From Trueperaceae bacterium (GTDB lineage Bacteria > Deinococcota > Deinococci > Deinococcales > Trueperaceae): a stretch of 64,000 nucleotides of DNA. The notes below the pieces were generated by a model. That model had not been told where the DNA came from and searched no databases. It worked only from the letters and a program-made list of their open reading frames with translations. The DNA is taken from positions 192,001 through 256,000 of the forward strand of contig JAXHNB010000006.1 of NCBI GenBank assembly GCA_034520945.1, read 5' to 3'. Below are positions 61,940 to 64,000 of this stretch, piece after piece. The first letter of the stretch is position 1; each line of letters opens with the position of its first letter. A program made the position numbers and the translations under genes.

Positions 61940-63577
61940 ATGCCCGATTCCCTCGCAGGGCGCCCCGCACCGCCGGAGCGTCTGGTGCACGTTCCTCGAC
62001 TGGTGTCCGCCTATTATACCGAAGCTCCGGACCCACACGACGCGACCCAGCGTGTCAGGTTCGGGACGTCGGGCCACCGCGGGTCGGCGCGTACGCGCAC
62101 CTTCAACGATGCCCACGTCGCGGCGGCCGCCCGCGCCGTCGCCGACGTCCGCGCGGAAGAGGGCGTGAACGGCCCGTTGATCCTGGGCGCCGACACGCAC
62201 GCCCTGTCGGAGCCCGCGTTCCGCACTGCGCTGGAGGTGTTCGCGGCGGCAAACGTCGAGGTGATCATCGAGGCCGATTTGGACTACGTGCCCACGCCGG
62301 TCGTGTCGCATGCAATCCTGACGCGCAACGCGCTCGGCGGCGCGCGGGCCGACGGGGTGGTGATCACCCCTTCGCACAATCCACCCGAGGACGGCGGCTT
62401 CAAGTACAACCCGCCGCACGGCGGTCCCGCCGGCACCGAGATCACCGCGCGGATCGAGCGCCGCGCCAACGAGCTCCTCGCTGCCGGACCGAACGCGATC
62501 GATCGCATGGCGTACCGCACGGCGTTGGCGGCCGGCACCACCCACCGGGTCGACCTGGCCGGCCCGTACATCCACGACCTCGGCGAGATTCTCGACCTGG
62601 ATGCCGTCGCGGCCGCCGAGCTGCGCTTGGGCGTCGATCCGATGGGGGGCGCCGCCGTGGGGATGTGGGGACGGATCGCGGAGCGCTACCGCCTGGACCT
62701 CGAGGTCGTCAACGCCCGCGTCGACCCCGCCTTCGCCTTCATGCGGCTGGACGGGGACGGCAAGATCCGCATGGACTGCTCTTCGCCGCACGCGATGGCG
62801 GGCCTGATCGCCATGGGCGATCGTTTCGACGTGGCGTTCGGCAACGATCCCGACGTGGACCGGCACGGCATCGTGGTGGGGGGCGAACTGATGAACCCCA
62901 ACCACTACCTGGCGGCCGCCGTCGACTACCTGTTCCGCCGGCGCAATGATTGGCGTGCCGACGCCGCGATCGGCAAGACCGTCGTCACGTCGGCGCTTCT
63001 GGATCGGATCGCCGATGATCTGGGCAGACCGCTGCGGGAGGTGCCGGTCGGGTTCAAGTGGTTCGTGGACGGCTTGCTGGACGGCAGTACCGGCTTTGGG
63101 GGCGAGGAATCCGCCGGGGCCACCTTCCTACGGCGCGACGGCAGCGTGTGGACCACCGACAAGGACGGCATCGTGATGGGGTTGCTGGCCGCCGAGATCA
63201 CCGCGGTGGACGGCGAGGACCCCGCCGCCCGTCACCGGCGGGTGGCCGCGCGGTTGGGCGAGAGCGCGTACGCCCGCAGCGACGCCCCGGCCACCGACGC
63301 GCAGAAGAAGGCGCTGGCGACGCTGGACGCGTCGGCCGTGCGCGACGAGACGCTGGCGGGGGAGCCGATCACGGACGTCCGCACGCGCGCCCCGGCCAAC
63401 GACGCGCCGATCGGCGGCCTCAAGGTCGCCACCGCCAACGGCTGGTTCGCGGCGCGTCCCTCGGGCACGGAGGCGATCTACAAGATCTACGCGGAGAGCT
63501 TTTTGGGCGACGCGCACCTGGCCAAGCTCATGGACGAAGCCCAAGCGTTGGTCGAGCGGGCGTTCGAAGGCGTATGA
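61940..63577 (+). CDS. pgm: Phosphoglucomutase (alpha-D-glucose-1,6-bisphosphate-dependent)
   Basis: FGTSGHRG, ITPSHNP, NDPDVDRHG, GGEESAG, ARPSGTE. GGAGG SD. Confidence 0.96.
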   Translation: MPDSLAGRPAPPERLVHVPRLVSAYYTEAPDPHDATQRVRFGTSGHRGSARTRTFNDAHVAAAARAVADVRAEEGVNGPLILGADTHALSEPAFRTALEVFAAANVEVIIEADLDYVPTPVVSHAILTRNALGGARADGVVITPSHNPPEDGGFKYNPPHGGPAGTEITARIERRANELLAAGPNAIDRMAYRTALAAGTTHRVDLAGPYIHDLGEILDLDAVAAAELRLGVDPMGGAAVGMWGRIAERYRLDLEVVNARVDPAFAFMRLDGDGKIRMDCSSPHAMAGLIAMGDRFDVAFGNDPDVDRHGIVVGGELMNPNHYLAAAVDYLFRRRNDWRADAAIGKTVVTSALLDRIADDLGRPLREVPVGFKWFVDGLLDGSTGFGGEESAGATFLRRDGSVWTTDKDGIVMGLLAAEITAVDGEDPAARHRRVAARLGESAYARSDAPATDAQKKALATLDASAVRDETLAGEPITDVRTRAPANDAPIGGLKVATANGWFAARPSGTEAIYKIYAESFLGDAHLAKLMDEAQALVERAFEGV

Positions 63578-63600
63578 AGCGCGCCTGAGGGGCGCGGAAC

Positions 63601-64000
63601 TCAGTCCTCGGCGCGATGCGGCACGCTGAGGATCGGGACCGGACTGGAGCGCAGGAGGGCGTCGGCCCGGCTGCCGAGCAGCAGGCCGATGGCGCTGGCG
63701 TGATGCCGAACGCCCACGCAGATCACGTCGGCGTCGATCTCGTGTGCGACCTCGGGCAGCACGTGGATCGGGTCGCCCTGGCGCAGGATGTGCTGCTTGG
63801 CACGGTCGTGCGCCATCTCCGACATGGCCTCGGAGGCACGACGGGCGTAGTCGGTGTCTTCGCGGTAGCGCGGATCGTCCACGACGTGCACCAGCGCGGT
63901 CTCGATCCCGTGATCATTGAGGCGGTCGGCGAAGTGCCAGGCGTAGCGGCTGGCGTCGCCGAAGTCGGTCGCGACCAGCACGCGGCGCACCACGAGGTCG
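63601..64000 (-). CDS. Universal stress protein (probably the C-terminal domain; gene likely continues beyond the window)
   Basis: RRVLVATDF, GDP, ADVICVG, LLLGSRA..LLRSSPVPILSV. Confidence 0.8.
   Translation of the reverse strand, partial: DLVVRRVLVATDFGDASRYAWHFADRLNDHGIETALVHVVDDPRYREDTDYARRASEAMSEMAHDRAKQHILRQGDPIHVLPEVAHEIDADVICVGVRHHASAIGLLLGSRADALLRSSPVPILSVPHRAED

Overview
Very GC-rich bacterial chromosomal window. Deinococcota (Trueperaceae-like) origin is inferred from the gene content and from several leaderless genes with a TANNNT box 5-6 nt before the start codon; no database search was run. About 44 protein-coding genes are supported, and no rRNA, tRNA, CRISPR array or transposase was seen. 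Left third (minus strand): a ~4000-aa secreted Ig-like/DUF11/isopeptide-repeat protein translationally coupled to a ~1180-aa putative outer-membrane beta-barrel protein, followed by a GGDEF diguanylate cyclase fused to two P-loop NTPase domains and TPRs, and an amidohydrolase. This is the best candidate for an undescribed system. Middle: deoC-GNAT-ALDH16 operon; a TetR-controlled FabH-like/acyl-CoA ligase/hydrolase/Liv-type ABC operon with a clear promoter and operator; a divergent Cys-rich nitronate monooxygenase/FabX-like flavoprotein; yceH; a Co/Ni ECF transporter; HpcH aldolase; kbl-tdh; a probably frameshifted GT4; vapBC with a symmetric operator; FAH; a collapsed ABC-transporter remnant; GntR; TauE. 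Right end: K+-independent hppA, MarR + two TolC-like + MFP + RND efflux operon, rpoD, pgm and a truncated universal stress protein. Start codons were re-called by eye where the ORF track over-extends.
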